Assembly (NCBI RefSeq): GCF_000196555.1
Contig: NC_015067.1
Span: 930,001-962,000, forward strand
Direction of reading: 5' to 3'
DNA length: 32,000 nucleotides
Origin: Bifidobacterium longum subsp. longum JCM 1217
GTDB lineage: Bacteria > Actinomycetota > Actinomycetes > Actinomycetales > Bifidobacteriaceae
In this document: positions 1 to 8,030 of the stretch, piece by piece
How the letters are laid out: every line of letters begins with the position of its first letter
Numbering within the stretch: position 1 is the first letter of the stretch
Translations under genes and position numbers: made by a program
The notes under the pieces: generated by a model
The model's database searches: none
What the model saw: the letters and a program-made list of their open reading frames with translations, nothing else
What the model was told of the DNA's origin: nothing

Positions 1-1
1 T

Positions 2-118
2 TGGCTGTACTTCTGCACGGTCAATCTGGACACCGGCGAAACCAAGTTCGCCGCAACCGCCGATGAACATGACCAGAACGTGGCCGAACTACGCAAGTGG
101 CAAGCCGAAAACCAGTAG
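2..118 (+). CDS. mltG: 3' end (partial) of an upstream gene; C-terminus resembles YceG/MltG endolytic murein transglycosylase
   Basis: Frame +2 is open from the window edge: WLYFCTVNLDTGETKFAATADEHDQNVAELRKWQAENQ*, TAG at 116-118. The pattern LYF..V...G..F....EH..NV matches the conserved C-terminus of MltG/YceG proteins. Only 38 aa are visible. Confidence 0.5.
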   Translation, partial: WLYFCTVNLDTGETKFAATADEHDQNVAELRKWQAENQ

Positions 119-175
119 TCATCCCGTTAGCTTCCTTCGCTTGGGGAAGCTGATCGGACGTTGGTCTCTTCATTG

Positions 176-224
176 GCTCCCTCGCCGAGGGGAGCTGTCC
201 GCAAAAAAGCGGACTGAGGGGAGC
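176..224 (+). repeat. Single unit of the GGCTCCC..GAGGGGAGC-N-CTGAGGGGAG intergenic palindromic repeat family
   Basis: Sequence is ggctccctcgccgaggggagc tgtccgcaaaaaagcggac tgaggggagc. It has hairpin gctccc/gggagc (177-196), a second hairpin gtccgc-aaaaaa-gcggac (197-214), then CTGAGGGGAG. It is collinear with the units at 29544-29592 and 29610-29656 (inverted). It lies between the convergent mltG and peptidase genes. Confidence 0.75.
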
Positions 225-285
225 ACTGCAGGGAATGTAACGCTCAACTTAAGCCCGGGGCTCCCGCGAAGCGGATGGAAGAAAT

Positions 286-759
286 CTAGGACAACACCCC
301 AACAGCCACCGCCACAATCGCGCCCGCCAATATCACCGGCACATACGGCACCTTGCCCGCATGTGCCGGTGATGTGCGTTGTGGGTCGAATCGCGTCCAC
401 AAGGCAATCCATGTGATGCCGGCAACGCCCATCGCCAGCCACCAGACCACCACAGGCAACAGGCCAAACAGTCCGACAGACAATCCCATAGGTATCAGGG
501 CGGTCACATCGCCGAATCCCAATGACCGAGGCACCAGCAACGCCAACGCGAACTGGATCAGGCAACATAGCACGGTGAACAACAGCGCCTGCAACAGCAC
601 GAACAGGTCGTTCACCACCACTCCATACGCGAAATCGGCGGCCAGCTGAAGCAACGCGCCCGCAGCCACCCACGCGATCGGCACCCGCCGATGACGAACA
701 TCCTCAATGGACAGTGCAAGCCCACATAGCAGACCGGGTAGCGTGAACAGGTATGGCAT
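286..759 (-). CDS. Short A24-family prepilin peptidase (TadV/CpaA-like, no methyltransferase domain), polytopic membrane protein
   Basis: 157-aa ORF with ATG at 759. It is very hydrophobic, with about 5 predicted TM segments. Two Asp motifs are typical of type IV prepilin/Flp peptidases: SIEDVRHRRVP near the N-terminus and a GxGD-type motif (SLGFGDVTALIPMG). The overlapping ORFs 170-673(-) and 63-416(+) have no recognisable features. Confidence 0.75.
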   Translation of the reverse strand: MPYLFTLPGLLCGLALSIEDVRHRRVPIAWVAAGALLQLAADFAYGVVVNDLFVLLQALLFTVLCCLIQFALALLVPRSLGFGDVTALIPMGLSVGLFGLLPVVVWWLAMGVAGITWIALWTRFDPQRTSPAHAGKVPYVPVILAGAIVAVAVGVLS

Positions 760-780
760 GGCTTAACATTAACCCCTAGC

Positions 781-804
781 TAGACGTACACATAGACGTA
801 CACA
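781..804. repeat. Perfect tandem duplication of a 12-mer (TAGACGTACACA x2) in the 63-bp divergent intergenic region
   Basis: tagacgtacaca occurs at 781-792 and again at 793-804. It lies between the peptidase start (759, minus) and the aroC start (823, plus). Confidence 0.9.
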
Positions 805-822
805 CATGAAACGAGGGAAGTT

Positions 823-2010
823 ATGCTGCGTTGGCAGACGGCAGGGGAGTCTCACGGAGAAGCATTGGTGGCCATGATTGAAGGGTTGCCGGCCGGCGTG
901 CGTATTAGCACGGACGATATCGTTTCCGCACTGGCACGCCGTCGACTTGGATATGGTCGCGGTGCCCGCATGAAGTTCGAGCAAGACAAGGTCCGTCTGC
1001 TGACCGGTGTACGCCACGGCCTGACCCTCGGCTCGCCGGTGGCCATCGAAATCGCCAACACCGAATGGCCGAAGTGGACCGAGGTCATGAGCGCCGATGC
1101 ACTCGACCATGACCTGCCGCGCGAAGGCCGCAATGCGCCGCTGAGCCGCCCGCGCCCGGGCCACGCCGATCTGACCGGCATGCGCAAGTATGGTTTTGAC
1201 GACGCCCGCCCGGTACTGGAGCGCTCCAGCGCCCGTGAGACCGCCTCCCGTGTGGCTTTGGGCGAGGTGGCCAAGCAGTTCTTGGATCAGGCGTTCGGCA
1301 TCCGCACCGTAGCCCACGTGGTGGCGCTTGGTGGCGTGCAGACCAACCCCGACCTGCCTCTGCCCACCCCCGACGATCTGGAAGCGCTTGATGCCTCGCC
1401 TGTCCGTACGCTGGACAAAGAGGCCGAAGCCCGCATCATCGAACGCATCAACGAGGCCAAGAAGGCCTCCGATACGTTGGGCGGCGTGATTGAAGTGCTG
1501 GCTTACGGTGTGCCTGCCGGCATCGGCACGTATGTGGAGTCCGACCGCCGACTGGACGCGGCTCTGGCCTCCGCGATCATGGGCATTCAGGCGTTCAAGG
1601 GTGTGGAGATCGGCGACGGCTTCCTGGAAGCCTCCCGCCCCGGTTCGCAGGCGCACGATGAGATCGTGGTCAACGCCGACGGCCGTATCGACCGTCTGTC
1701 CAACCGCGCAGGCGGCATTGAAGGCGGTATGTCCAATGGCCAGGTGATTCGCGTACGCGGTGCCATGAAGCCGATTCCGTCCATCCCCAAGGCCCTGCGT
1801 ACGGTCGACGTGCTGACCGGCGAATCCGCACAAGCCATCAACCAGCGTTCCGACAGCACCGCCGTGCCTGCGGCATCCGTGGTGGCCGAGGCCATGGTGC
1901 GTCTGACTTTGGCGAAGTACGCGCTGGATAAGTTCGGTGGAGACAGTGTTGCCGAAACACGGCGCAACCTTGAGTCGTATCTCGCCTCGTGGCCGGAGCA
2001 CATGCGCTGA
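823..2010 (+). CDS. aroC: Chorismate synthase
   Basis: 395 aa. The N-terminus [25 protein letters not shown], plus [18 protein letters not shown] and SARETA, are hallmark chorismate synthase motifs. RBS gagggaag lies 5 nt upstream of the ATG. Confidence 0.97.
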   Translation: MLRWQTAGESHGEALVAMIEGLPAGVRISTDDIVSALARRRLGYGRGARMKFEQDKVRLLTGVRHGLTLGSPVAIEIANTEWPKWTEVMSADALDHDLPREGRNAPLSRPRPGHADLTGMRKYGFDDARPVLERSSARETASRVALGEVAKQFLDQAFGIRTVAHVVALGGVQTNPDLPLPTPDDLEALDASPVRTLDKEAEARIIERINEAKKASDTLGGVIEVLAYGVPAGIGTYVESDRRLDAALASAIMGIQAFKGVEIGDGFLEASRPGSQAHDEIVVNADGRIDRLSNRAGGIEGGMSNGQVIRVRGAMKPIPSIPKALRTVDVLTGESAQAINQRSDSTAVPAASVVAEAMVRLTLAKYALDKFGGDSVAETRRNLESYLASWPEHMR

Positions 2011-2092
2011 ACGAAGGGCGTATGGTTTCGTGACGACTGCCGCGGAACCATCAGCAACTGTACTCACCAATCGTCGAGAGGATTCGTAGATT

Positions 2093-3715
2093 ATGACCGC
2101 ACGCCCCCGCGCCGTCATCATCGGCATGATGGGAGCCGGCAAAACACGTGTCGGTAAGGAAGTGGCGCATATGTTGCGTCTGCCGTTCGCCGATGCCGAT
2201 GTGGAGATCGAACGTGAAGTGGGCATGAAGATTCCCTCCTACTTCGAGGAATACGGTGAGCCGGCATTCCGCGAGGTCGAGGCCGATCTCATCGCCGATA
2301 TGCTTGAGGATTTCGACGGTATCTTTTCGCTGGGCGGTGGCGCTCCCATGACGCCATCCACCCAGCATGCCCTCGCCTCCTACATCGACCATGGCGGTCG
2401 TGTGGTCTACCTTGATGCCGATCCGGCGGAAGCCATGGAACGCGCGAACCGTGGGGGAGGCCGGCCCATGCTCAATGGCAACGCCAACTCCCGTTGGAAA
2501 AAACTGTTCAAGCAGCGTGACCCAGTATTCCGCGAGGTCGCCAACGTTCATGTCCATACCCGGGGGCTTACGCCTCAGGGCGCAGCGAAGAAAGTGATTG
2601 ATATGGTATCTGAGCGAGCAGTGCATGTTACCGGAGCGGCAATTGAGCCGTATGATGTGGTCATTGGCGAAGGTGCCATGAACCATCTGGTCGACGTGCT
2701 GGGACCCAAACCCGCCAAAATCGCGCTTATCCACACTCAGCCGGTGCAGCGACACTCCGATCGTGCCCGCGCCCTGTTGCGTCAGGGCGGCTATGAGGTT
2801 TCCGACATCGTGATTCCGGATGCCGAACCCGGCAAGACCATTACCGTGGCCAACGGCATTTGGGAACGCCTTGGCAACGAAGGTTTCACCCGATCCGATG
2901 CCGTGGTGGGGCTTGGCGGCGGTGCCGCAACCGATTTGGCCGGTTTCGTGGCTGCCACGTGGATGCGCGGCGTGCGCTATGTAAACTGCCCGACCTCGCT
3001 GCTGGCCATGGTCGATGCCTCCACCGGTGGCAAAACCGGCATCAACACCCCGCAGGGCAAGAACCTCGTCGGCTCGTTCTACACGCCTGCCGGTGTGCTG
3101 GCCGACACCAAGACGCTGGCTACGCTGCCCAATGACATCTTCATCGAGGGTCTCGGCGAAGTCGCCAAATCCGGTTTCATCCGCGACCCCGAAATCCTGC
3201 ATATCCTCGAAGACCACGCAGCTGAACTGCGCGCTTTCGACGGCTCTACATTCCTCGGCTCGCCGCTCGAAGACGTGGTTGCCGAGCTCATTGAGCGCAC
3301 GGTAAAGGTCAAGGCCTACCACGTCTCCTCCGATTTGAAGGAGAAGGGTCTGCGTGAATTCCTCAACTACGGGCACACGATGGGCCATGCCATCGAAAAG
3401 CTCGAGCATTTCCGCTGGAGGCATGGCAATGCGGTGGCCGTCGGTATGGTGTATGCCGCCGAGCTGGCCCATCTGATCGGTTACATCGATCAGGATCTGG
3501 TTGACTATCACCGCTCGTTGCTTGCTTCGATGGGTCTGCCGACGTCGTGGAATGGCGGCTCGTTCGACGACGTGCTCGCATTGATGCATCGCGACAAGAA
3601 GGCCCGCGGCAATGAGCTGCGCTTCGTGGTCCTCGACGAGATTGGTCACGTCGTACACCTCGACAACCCGCCCGCCGAAGCCGTGGAAGAAGCATTCCGT
3701 CGTATCCAGCAGTAA
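2093..3715 (+). CDS. aroK/aroB: Bifunctional shikimate kinase / 3-dehydroquinate synthase (AroK-AroB fusion)
   Basis: 540 aa. The N-terminal ~170 aa carry the shikimate kinase P-loop ([16 protein letters not shown]) and LGGGAP. The C-terminal ~360 aa carry the DHQ synthase motifs [39 protein letters not shown] and [11 protein letters not shown]. It is one uninterrupted ORF. Confidence 0.95.
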
Positions 3716-3744
3716 TTGAACGGCCGTAGGCCGTGCCGTTCGCC

Positions 3745-3856
3745 ATCCCCTCAGAAAAAAGTACTTGGCTCCCCTCTAACGGAGGTACCCCGGAGTCGGA
3801 TTTACCTTCTACCTCCCTCTGATGAGGGAGGTGCCCCGAAGGGGCGGAGGGAGAGA
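3745..3856. repeat. Mosaic/degenerate cluster of the GAGGG(G)AG palindromic repeat family in the aroKB-aroQ spacer
   Basis: Contains tcccctcag (reverse end motif), ttggctcccctc (forward start motif), a perfect hairpin acctccctc-tgat-gagggaggt (3811-3832), the hairpin gccccgaaggggc (3833-3845), and ggagggagag. Confidence 0.7.
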
Positions 3857-3878
3857 AGCACAAACAAAAGGAGTCCCA

Positions 3879-4325
3879 ATGACCAAAGTCATCGTTGTCA
3901 ATGGCCCTAACCTCGGACGTCTCGGCGTCCGCCAGCCCGACGTCTACGGTCGTCAAGACCTCGACACCCTGCGCAAGCTCTGCACCGAATGGGGCAAGGA
4001 CCTCGGCCTCGAAGTCGAGGTGCGCCAGACCGACGACGAAGCCGAAATGGTGCACTGGATGCACCAAGCCGCCGACGAGAAAACCCCGGTGGTCATGAAC
4101 CCCGCCGCCTTCACGCACTATTCGTATGCTCTCGCCGACGCCGCGCACATGGTCATTGACGAGAACCTGCCGCTTATGGAAGTCCATATTTCCAACCCGT
4201 CCGCCCGCGACGAGTTCCGCAAGCGTTCCGTAATCAGCCCTGTGGCCACCGGCACCATCACCGGCATGGGTTTCTACGGCTACAAGCTCGCGCTCGATGC
4301 TGTGGCGCACTTGCTGAGCGAATAG
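3879..4325 (+). CDS. aroQ: Type II 3-dehydroquinate dehydratase
   Basis: 148 aa from the ATG at 3879, with RBS aaaggag at 3867-3873. MTKVIVVNGPNLGRLGVRQPDVYG, NPAAFTHYSYAL and EVHISNPSARDEFR are classic type II DHQase motifs. The track ORF start at 3822 lies inside the repeat cluster and is unlikely. Confidence 0.95.
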   Translation: MTKVIVVNGPNLGRLGVRQPDVYGRQDLDTLRKLCTEWGKDLGLEVEVRQTDDEAEMVHWMHQAADEKTPVVMNPAAFTHYSYALADAAHMVIDENLPLMEVHISNPSARDEFRKRSVISPVATGTITGMGFYGYKLALDAVAHLLSE

Positions 4326-4342
4326 AACCAAGCCCTCCAGCC

Positions 4343-4377
4343 AATCCCGGGTAGCAGTCGACGTTGCGCCCGGGATT
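4343..4377 (+). terminator. Stem-loop after aroQ (possible weak terminator of the shikimate operon)
   Basis: aatcccggg (4343-4351) pairs with cccgggatt (4369-4377), giving a 9-bp perfect stem and a 17-nt loop. There is no clear U-tract (followed by cctgtta). Confidence 0.3.
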
Positions 4378-4420
4378 CCTGTTACCTGAGGAAACCATAA
4401 GCGTCCAAGTAAAGGAAGCC

Positions 4421-5977
4421 ATGACTCTCACCGCCACGGAACGTGATCTCGTCGATGCCGCGTCACGCTGGTTTGACGCCCACCGCGCACAGTTCGTCGA
4501 TGAGCTGTGTGAGCTGCTGCGCTACCCGTCGGTTTCCGACGAATCGGACCCGAATCCTCGTCCGGGCGCGCCTTATGGACCCGAAGTACGCCGTGTATTC
4601 GACCATATGCTGGCCAAGGCAGGACGAGACGGGCTGCCTACGCGCGACTACACCGGCCACGTCATGGAAGTCGTTTATCCACAGGAGAACGTGGAGACCG
4701 ACCGTGACATCGCCTTCGTCGACCACCTCGACGTAGTCCCCGCCGACGACGGTTGGACGCACGATGCCTTCGATCCGCAGGTTATTGGCGATATTGTTAT
4801 CGGTCGCGGCTCATTGGACAATAAAGGCGTCGCGCTGACCAGCTATTTCCTACTCCGTTTCTTCAAGGAACACGACCACCGTTTCCGCCACCGCGTACGT
4901 ATACTGTTCGGCGGCTCCGAAGAGATCGCGCTCAACGACATCAAATGGTTCGTCGCCAACATCGGCGCGCCGTACCAGGCCATCGTCACCGATGGTCCCT
5001 TCCCGGTGAACAATATCCAAAAAGGGCTGCTCGATGTGGATGTCGAACTGCCGGTCGGGCCGCAATTGCGCGGTTGGCATGCCGGCACCGCCACTAACAC
5101 GGTTCCCGGGGCCGCCGCAATCACCCTCACCGGCGTCGACGAATCTACCGTGCGGCAAGCATTCTGCCAGAGCGGCAACATCGCTCCAGATATCGCCGAG
5201 CGATTGCATATCAACGCAACAGCGCAAGGCGTCACGATTGAGGCCACCGGTGTCGCCGGTCATGCCTGCCAGCCGTCCGGTACCGTAAACGCTATAGCGG
5301 TGCTCACTACGGCGCTTGCCCGGTCCGGTCTGCTCGAAGGCCGTGACCTCACTGCAGCGCAGGCGATTGCCCAATGGACAAAAGACTCATATGGCACCGG
5401 CTTGGGTATCGATTGCGAGAATGCGGAAAGCGGACCGACTACCGCCAATGGTGGTTTGATTATACCGGCGAATGAGTTCGCTGAAGCAGACAAGGTATTA
5501 GGCGCGGTATCAGGTGAGACTTCTGAAGATGCCATCGTATTGCACTTCGACATCCGTTATGCGGTAGGCCAGGCACACGAACAAATCATCGAGCGTATTC
5601 AAGCACAAGCCGAAGCGGCGGGCGGCCGCATTGTCGACATCCTTAACGATGACCCATACTACGTGCAGGCTGACGACCCGCGTGTCCAGTTGCTCACCGC
5701 AACCTACAACGACGTGCTCGGTTGCGAGGCTCGACCCGTGGCTGTCGGCGACGGCACCCACGCCCGCTTTATCCCGCGCGCACTCAACTTCGGTCCCGAA
5801 TTCCATGCCGACCATGTGCCGGCGGTCGACGGCATCGACCTGGAGACCCCGCCATTCATCGCACCAGGTGCCGGCAACGCGCACGGTGCCGATGAATGGG
5901 CCTCGCTGAAAAACCTGAAAACAGCGTTTGTCCTATATGCGTTAGGCCTAGTGCGTCTCGACCAATACCTGCAATAG
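4421..5977 (+). CDS. M20-family metallo-dipeptidase (PepV/Sapep-like)
   Basis: 518 aa from the ATG at 4421, with RBS aaaggaag at 4411-4418. M20 motifs present: VDHLDVVPADDGW, GRGSLDNKGV and FGGSEEI. The TTG at 4364 given by the ORF track overlaps the upstream hairpin and lacks an RBS. Confidence 0.85.
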   Translation: MTLTATERDLVDAASRWFDAHRAQFVDELCELLRYPSVSDESDPNPRPGAPYGPEVRRVFDHMLAKAGRDGLPTRDYTGHVMEVVYPQENVETDRDIAFVDHLDVVPADDGWTHDAFDPQVIGDIVIGRGSLDNKGVALTSYFLLRFFKEHDHRFRHRVRILFGGSEEIALNDIKWFVANIGAPYQAIVTDGPFPVNNIQKGLLDVDVELPVGPQLRGWHAGTATNTVPGAAAITLTGVDESTVRQAFCQSGNIAPDIAERLHINATAQGVTIEATGVAGHACQPSGTVNAIAVLTTALARSGLLEGRDLTAAQAIAQWTKDSYGTGLGIDCENAESGPTTANGGLIIPANEFAEADKVLGAVSGETSEDAIVLHFDIRYAVGQAHEQIIERIQAQAEAAGGRIVDILNDDPYYVQADDPRVQLLTATYNDVLGCEARPVAVGDGTHARFIPRALNFGPEFHADHVPAVDGIDLETPPFIAPGAGNAHGADEWASLKNLKTAFVLYALGLVRLDQYLQ

Positions 5978-5993
5978 CTGGCGGATAAGACGT

Positions 5994-6021
5994 TTGACGT
6001 GATTATGACCTTGCGTATGCT
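5994..6021 (+). promoter_or_regulatory. Candidate sigma-70-type promoter for pyrG
   Basis: TTGACG (5994-5999), a 16-nt spacer, then TATGCT (6016-6021), about 100 nt upstream of the pyrG ATG. This is sequence resemblance only. Confidence 0.3.
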
Positions 6022-6122
6022 TTTTGACGAGCCTACTATTCGTATTGTTCAAGTACGCCATGTCGGGGCCGACGCGTCTGGTGAACACGCCGGGTCATAC
6101 ACGGATGATAGAGTGAAATTCC

Positions 6123-7784
6123 ATGGTTAGAAGAACACATGGTAATTCTCAAGAACACGTCACCAAGCATATTTTCGTCACTGGCGGCGTTGTCTCCTCT
6201 CTCGGCAAGGGCCTGACCGCATCTTCGCTCGGTCGTTTGCTGCGCAGCCGCGGTATCCATGTTCTGCAGCAAAAGCTCGATCCGTACATCAACGTCGACC
6301 CGGGCACCATGAACCCGTTCCAGCATGGTGAGGTCTACGTGACCGAAGACGGTGCCGAAACCGATCTCGACATCGGCCACTACGAGCGTTTCCTCGACGT
6401 CTTCCTGAGCCAGAAGGCCAACGTCACCACCGGTCAGATCTATCAGGAAGTGCTGCGCAAGGAGCGCGCCGGCGAATACCTCGGCCAGTGCGTGCAGGTC
6501 ATCCCGCACATCACCAACGAAATCAAGTCTCGTATGCGCGCCCAGGCTTCCGATGACGTGGATGTGATCATCACCGAAATCGGTGGTACCGTCGGCGACA
6601 TCGAGTCCCAGCCCTTCCTTGAGGCCGCCCGCGAAGTGCGCCGCGATCTCGGCCCGGACAACTGCATGTTCGTGCACGTTTCCCTGGTGCCGTACATTTC
6701 CGCCGCCCACGAGCTCAAGACCAAGCCCACCCAGCACTCCGTGATGATGCTGCGCCAGCTCGGCATTTCCCCGGACGCCCTTGTGCTGCGCTCCGACCGC
6801 CCGCTCAATCAGTCCATCAAGGACAAGATCTCCCTGATGTGCGATGTCGATGCCGAAGGCGTGGTCAACTGCGTGGATGCGCCGAGCATCTACGATGTGC
6901 CGAAGATCCTGTTCGAGGAGGGCCTCGACGCCTATGTGGTGCGTGAGCTCGGCCTGCCGTTCCATGACGTCGATTGGGACGAATGGGCCGACCTGCTGGA
7001 GCGTGTGCACCACCCCAAGCACGAGGTCAACATCGCCATCGTCGGCAAGTACATCGATCTGCCGGACGCCTACCTGTCTGTCACCGAGGCCATCAAGGCC
7101 GGCGGCTTTGCCAACTGGGCCAAGGTCAACGTCAAGTGGGTTGCGGCCGATCGTTGCGAAACCACCGAAGGTGCGGCCGCCGCTCTCGACAACGTCGACG
7201 GCATCGTGATCCCCGGCGGCTTCGGCATCCGCGGCATCGACGGCAAGATCGGCGCTCTGAAGTTCGCCCGTGAAACCAAGCTGCCTGCCCTCGGCCTGTG
7301 CCTGGGCCTGCAGTCCATGGTCATCGAATACTCCCGCCACGTGCTGGGCATTGAAGACGCGAACTCTTCCGAGTTCGAGCCCGATTGCGCCAACCCGGTG
7401 ATCGCCACCATGGAAGAGCAGAAGGACATCGTGGCCGGCAAGGGCGACATGGGCCACACCATGCGTCTTGGCTCCTACCCGGCTGAGCTGGAGGAAGGCT
7501 CGCTGGTCGCCGAACTGTACGGCACCACGCATGTCACCGAGCGCCACCGCCACCGTTACGAAGTCAACGTGGCCTACAAGGATCGTCTGCGCGAAGGCGG
7601 CCTGCGCATCTCCGGCCAGAGCCCGGACGGCGAGCTCACCGAGTTCGTGGAACTGCCGCAGGACGTGCACCCGTTCTATGTGGCCACCCAGGCTCACCCG
7701 GAGTTCAAGTCTCGCCCGACCAAGCCGCACCCGCTGTTCGCCGGCCTGGTCAAGGCCGCGCTCGACCATCAGGCGGCACGCTGA
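6123..7784 (+). CDS. pyrG: CTP synthase
   Basis: 553 aa. [35 protein letters not shown](Y)V, a GATase domain with GLCLGLQ, and HRHRYEVN. Confidence 0.98.
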   Translation: MVRRTHGNSQEHVTKHIFVTGGVVSSLGKGLTASSLGRLLRSRGIHVLQQKLDPYINVDPGTMNPFQHGEVYVTEDGAETDLDIGHYERFLDVFLSQKANVTTGQIYQEVLRKERAGEYLGQCVQVIPHITNEIKSRMRAQASDDVDVIITEIGGTVGDIESQPFLEAAREVRRDLGPDNCMFVHVSLVPYISAAHELKTKPTQHSVMMLRQLGISPDALVLRSDRPLNQSIKDKISLMCDVDAEGVVNCVDAPSIYDVPKILFEEGLDAYVVRELGLPFHDVDWDEWADLLERVHHPKHEVNIAIVGKYIDLPDAYLSVTEAIKAGGFANWAKVNVKWVAADRCETTEGAAAALDNVDGIVIPGGFGIRGIDGKIGALKFARETKLPALGLCLGLQSMVIEYSRHVLGIEDANSSEFEPDCANPVIATMEEQKDIVAGKGDMGHTMRLGSYPAELEEGSLVAELYGTTHVTERHRHRYEVNVAYKDRLREGGLRISGQSPDGELTEFVELPQDVHPFYVATQAHPEFKSRPTKPHPLFAGLVKAALDHQAAR

Positions 7785-7862
7785 CTCACTTTTGTGCCGT
7801 GCATAATATCGCGGCATGATGTGCTGGCTGCCGTCATCGGCGTAGCGCAAGACATACGGTAA

Positions 7863-7912
7863 AGACGTGGTGGCGAAACATCTAATGATGTTTCGCCACC
7901 ACGTCTTTTTTT
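7863..7912 (+). terminator. Strong rho-independent terminator of pyrG
   Basis: agacgtggtggcgaaaca (7863-7880) pairs with tgtttcgccaccacgtct (7889-7906). This is an 18-bp perfect stem with an 8-nt loop, followed by a T-run (7906-7912). Confidence 0.9.
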
Positions 7913-8030
7913 GTTGTATGAGCATCATGCAGCATGATGTATTGGAAGGCGACGGTAAAAAATTACCGTTTCTATGGTGTGTTGGTAGTATGCAGATAAC
8001 GCTTAGTAGGCCATCGCAGAAAGACCGACC

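Noticed and set aside
63-673. ORFs 63-416(+), 170-673(-) and 353-649(+) near the left edge.
   Set aside because: They overlap the repeat unit and the well-supported membrane peptidase ORF (286-759, minus). They have no motifs and a Pro/Arg/Gly-rich composition.
769-2226. 485-aa ORF antisense to aroC. The same class covers 2051-3658(-), 6036-8042(-), 9817-11373(-), 11325-12758(-), 13462-14694(-), 15827-17242(+), 18712-20169(-), 21557-23002(-), 22653-24062(-), 24163-26223(+), 26747-28123(-) and 28039-29196(-).
   Set aside because: Each lies fully opposite a gene with unmistakable conserved motifs. Their translations are Arg/Gly/Ala/His-rich low-complexity sequences with no recognisable domains. 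Long stop-free antisense frames are the expected artefact of ~60% GC codon usage. They are not evidence for overlapping genes.
3822-3878. Upstream-extended starts given by the ORF track. These are aroQ 3822, dipeptidase 4364, sufC 12529, TrmH-like 18435, HIT 19447, ybeY 20954 and era 23001.
   Set aside because: In each case an internal ATG has a good Shine-Dalgarno sequence at proper spacing and yields the canonical N-terminus. The extensions overlap upstream genes, hairpins or repeats.
5978-6122. Possible attenuator or riboswitch in the pyrG leader.
   Set aside because: I found only short palindromes (e.g. GACGCGTC), with no terminator/antiterminator pair or known riboswitch core. I kept only a low-confidence promoter call.
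7913-8030. Possible c-di-AMP (ydaO-type) riboswitch upstream of the cell-wall L,D-transpeptidase gene, as seen upstream of some actinobacterial cell-wall genes.
   Set aside because: The leader is only ~118 nt, is AT-rich, and lacks the pseudo-two-fold GC-rich helices and conserved ACGGGGA-type cores of that riboswitch.
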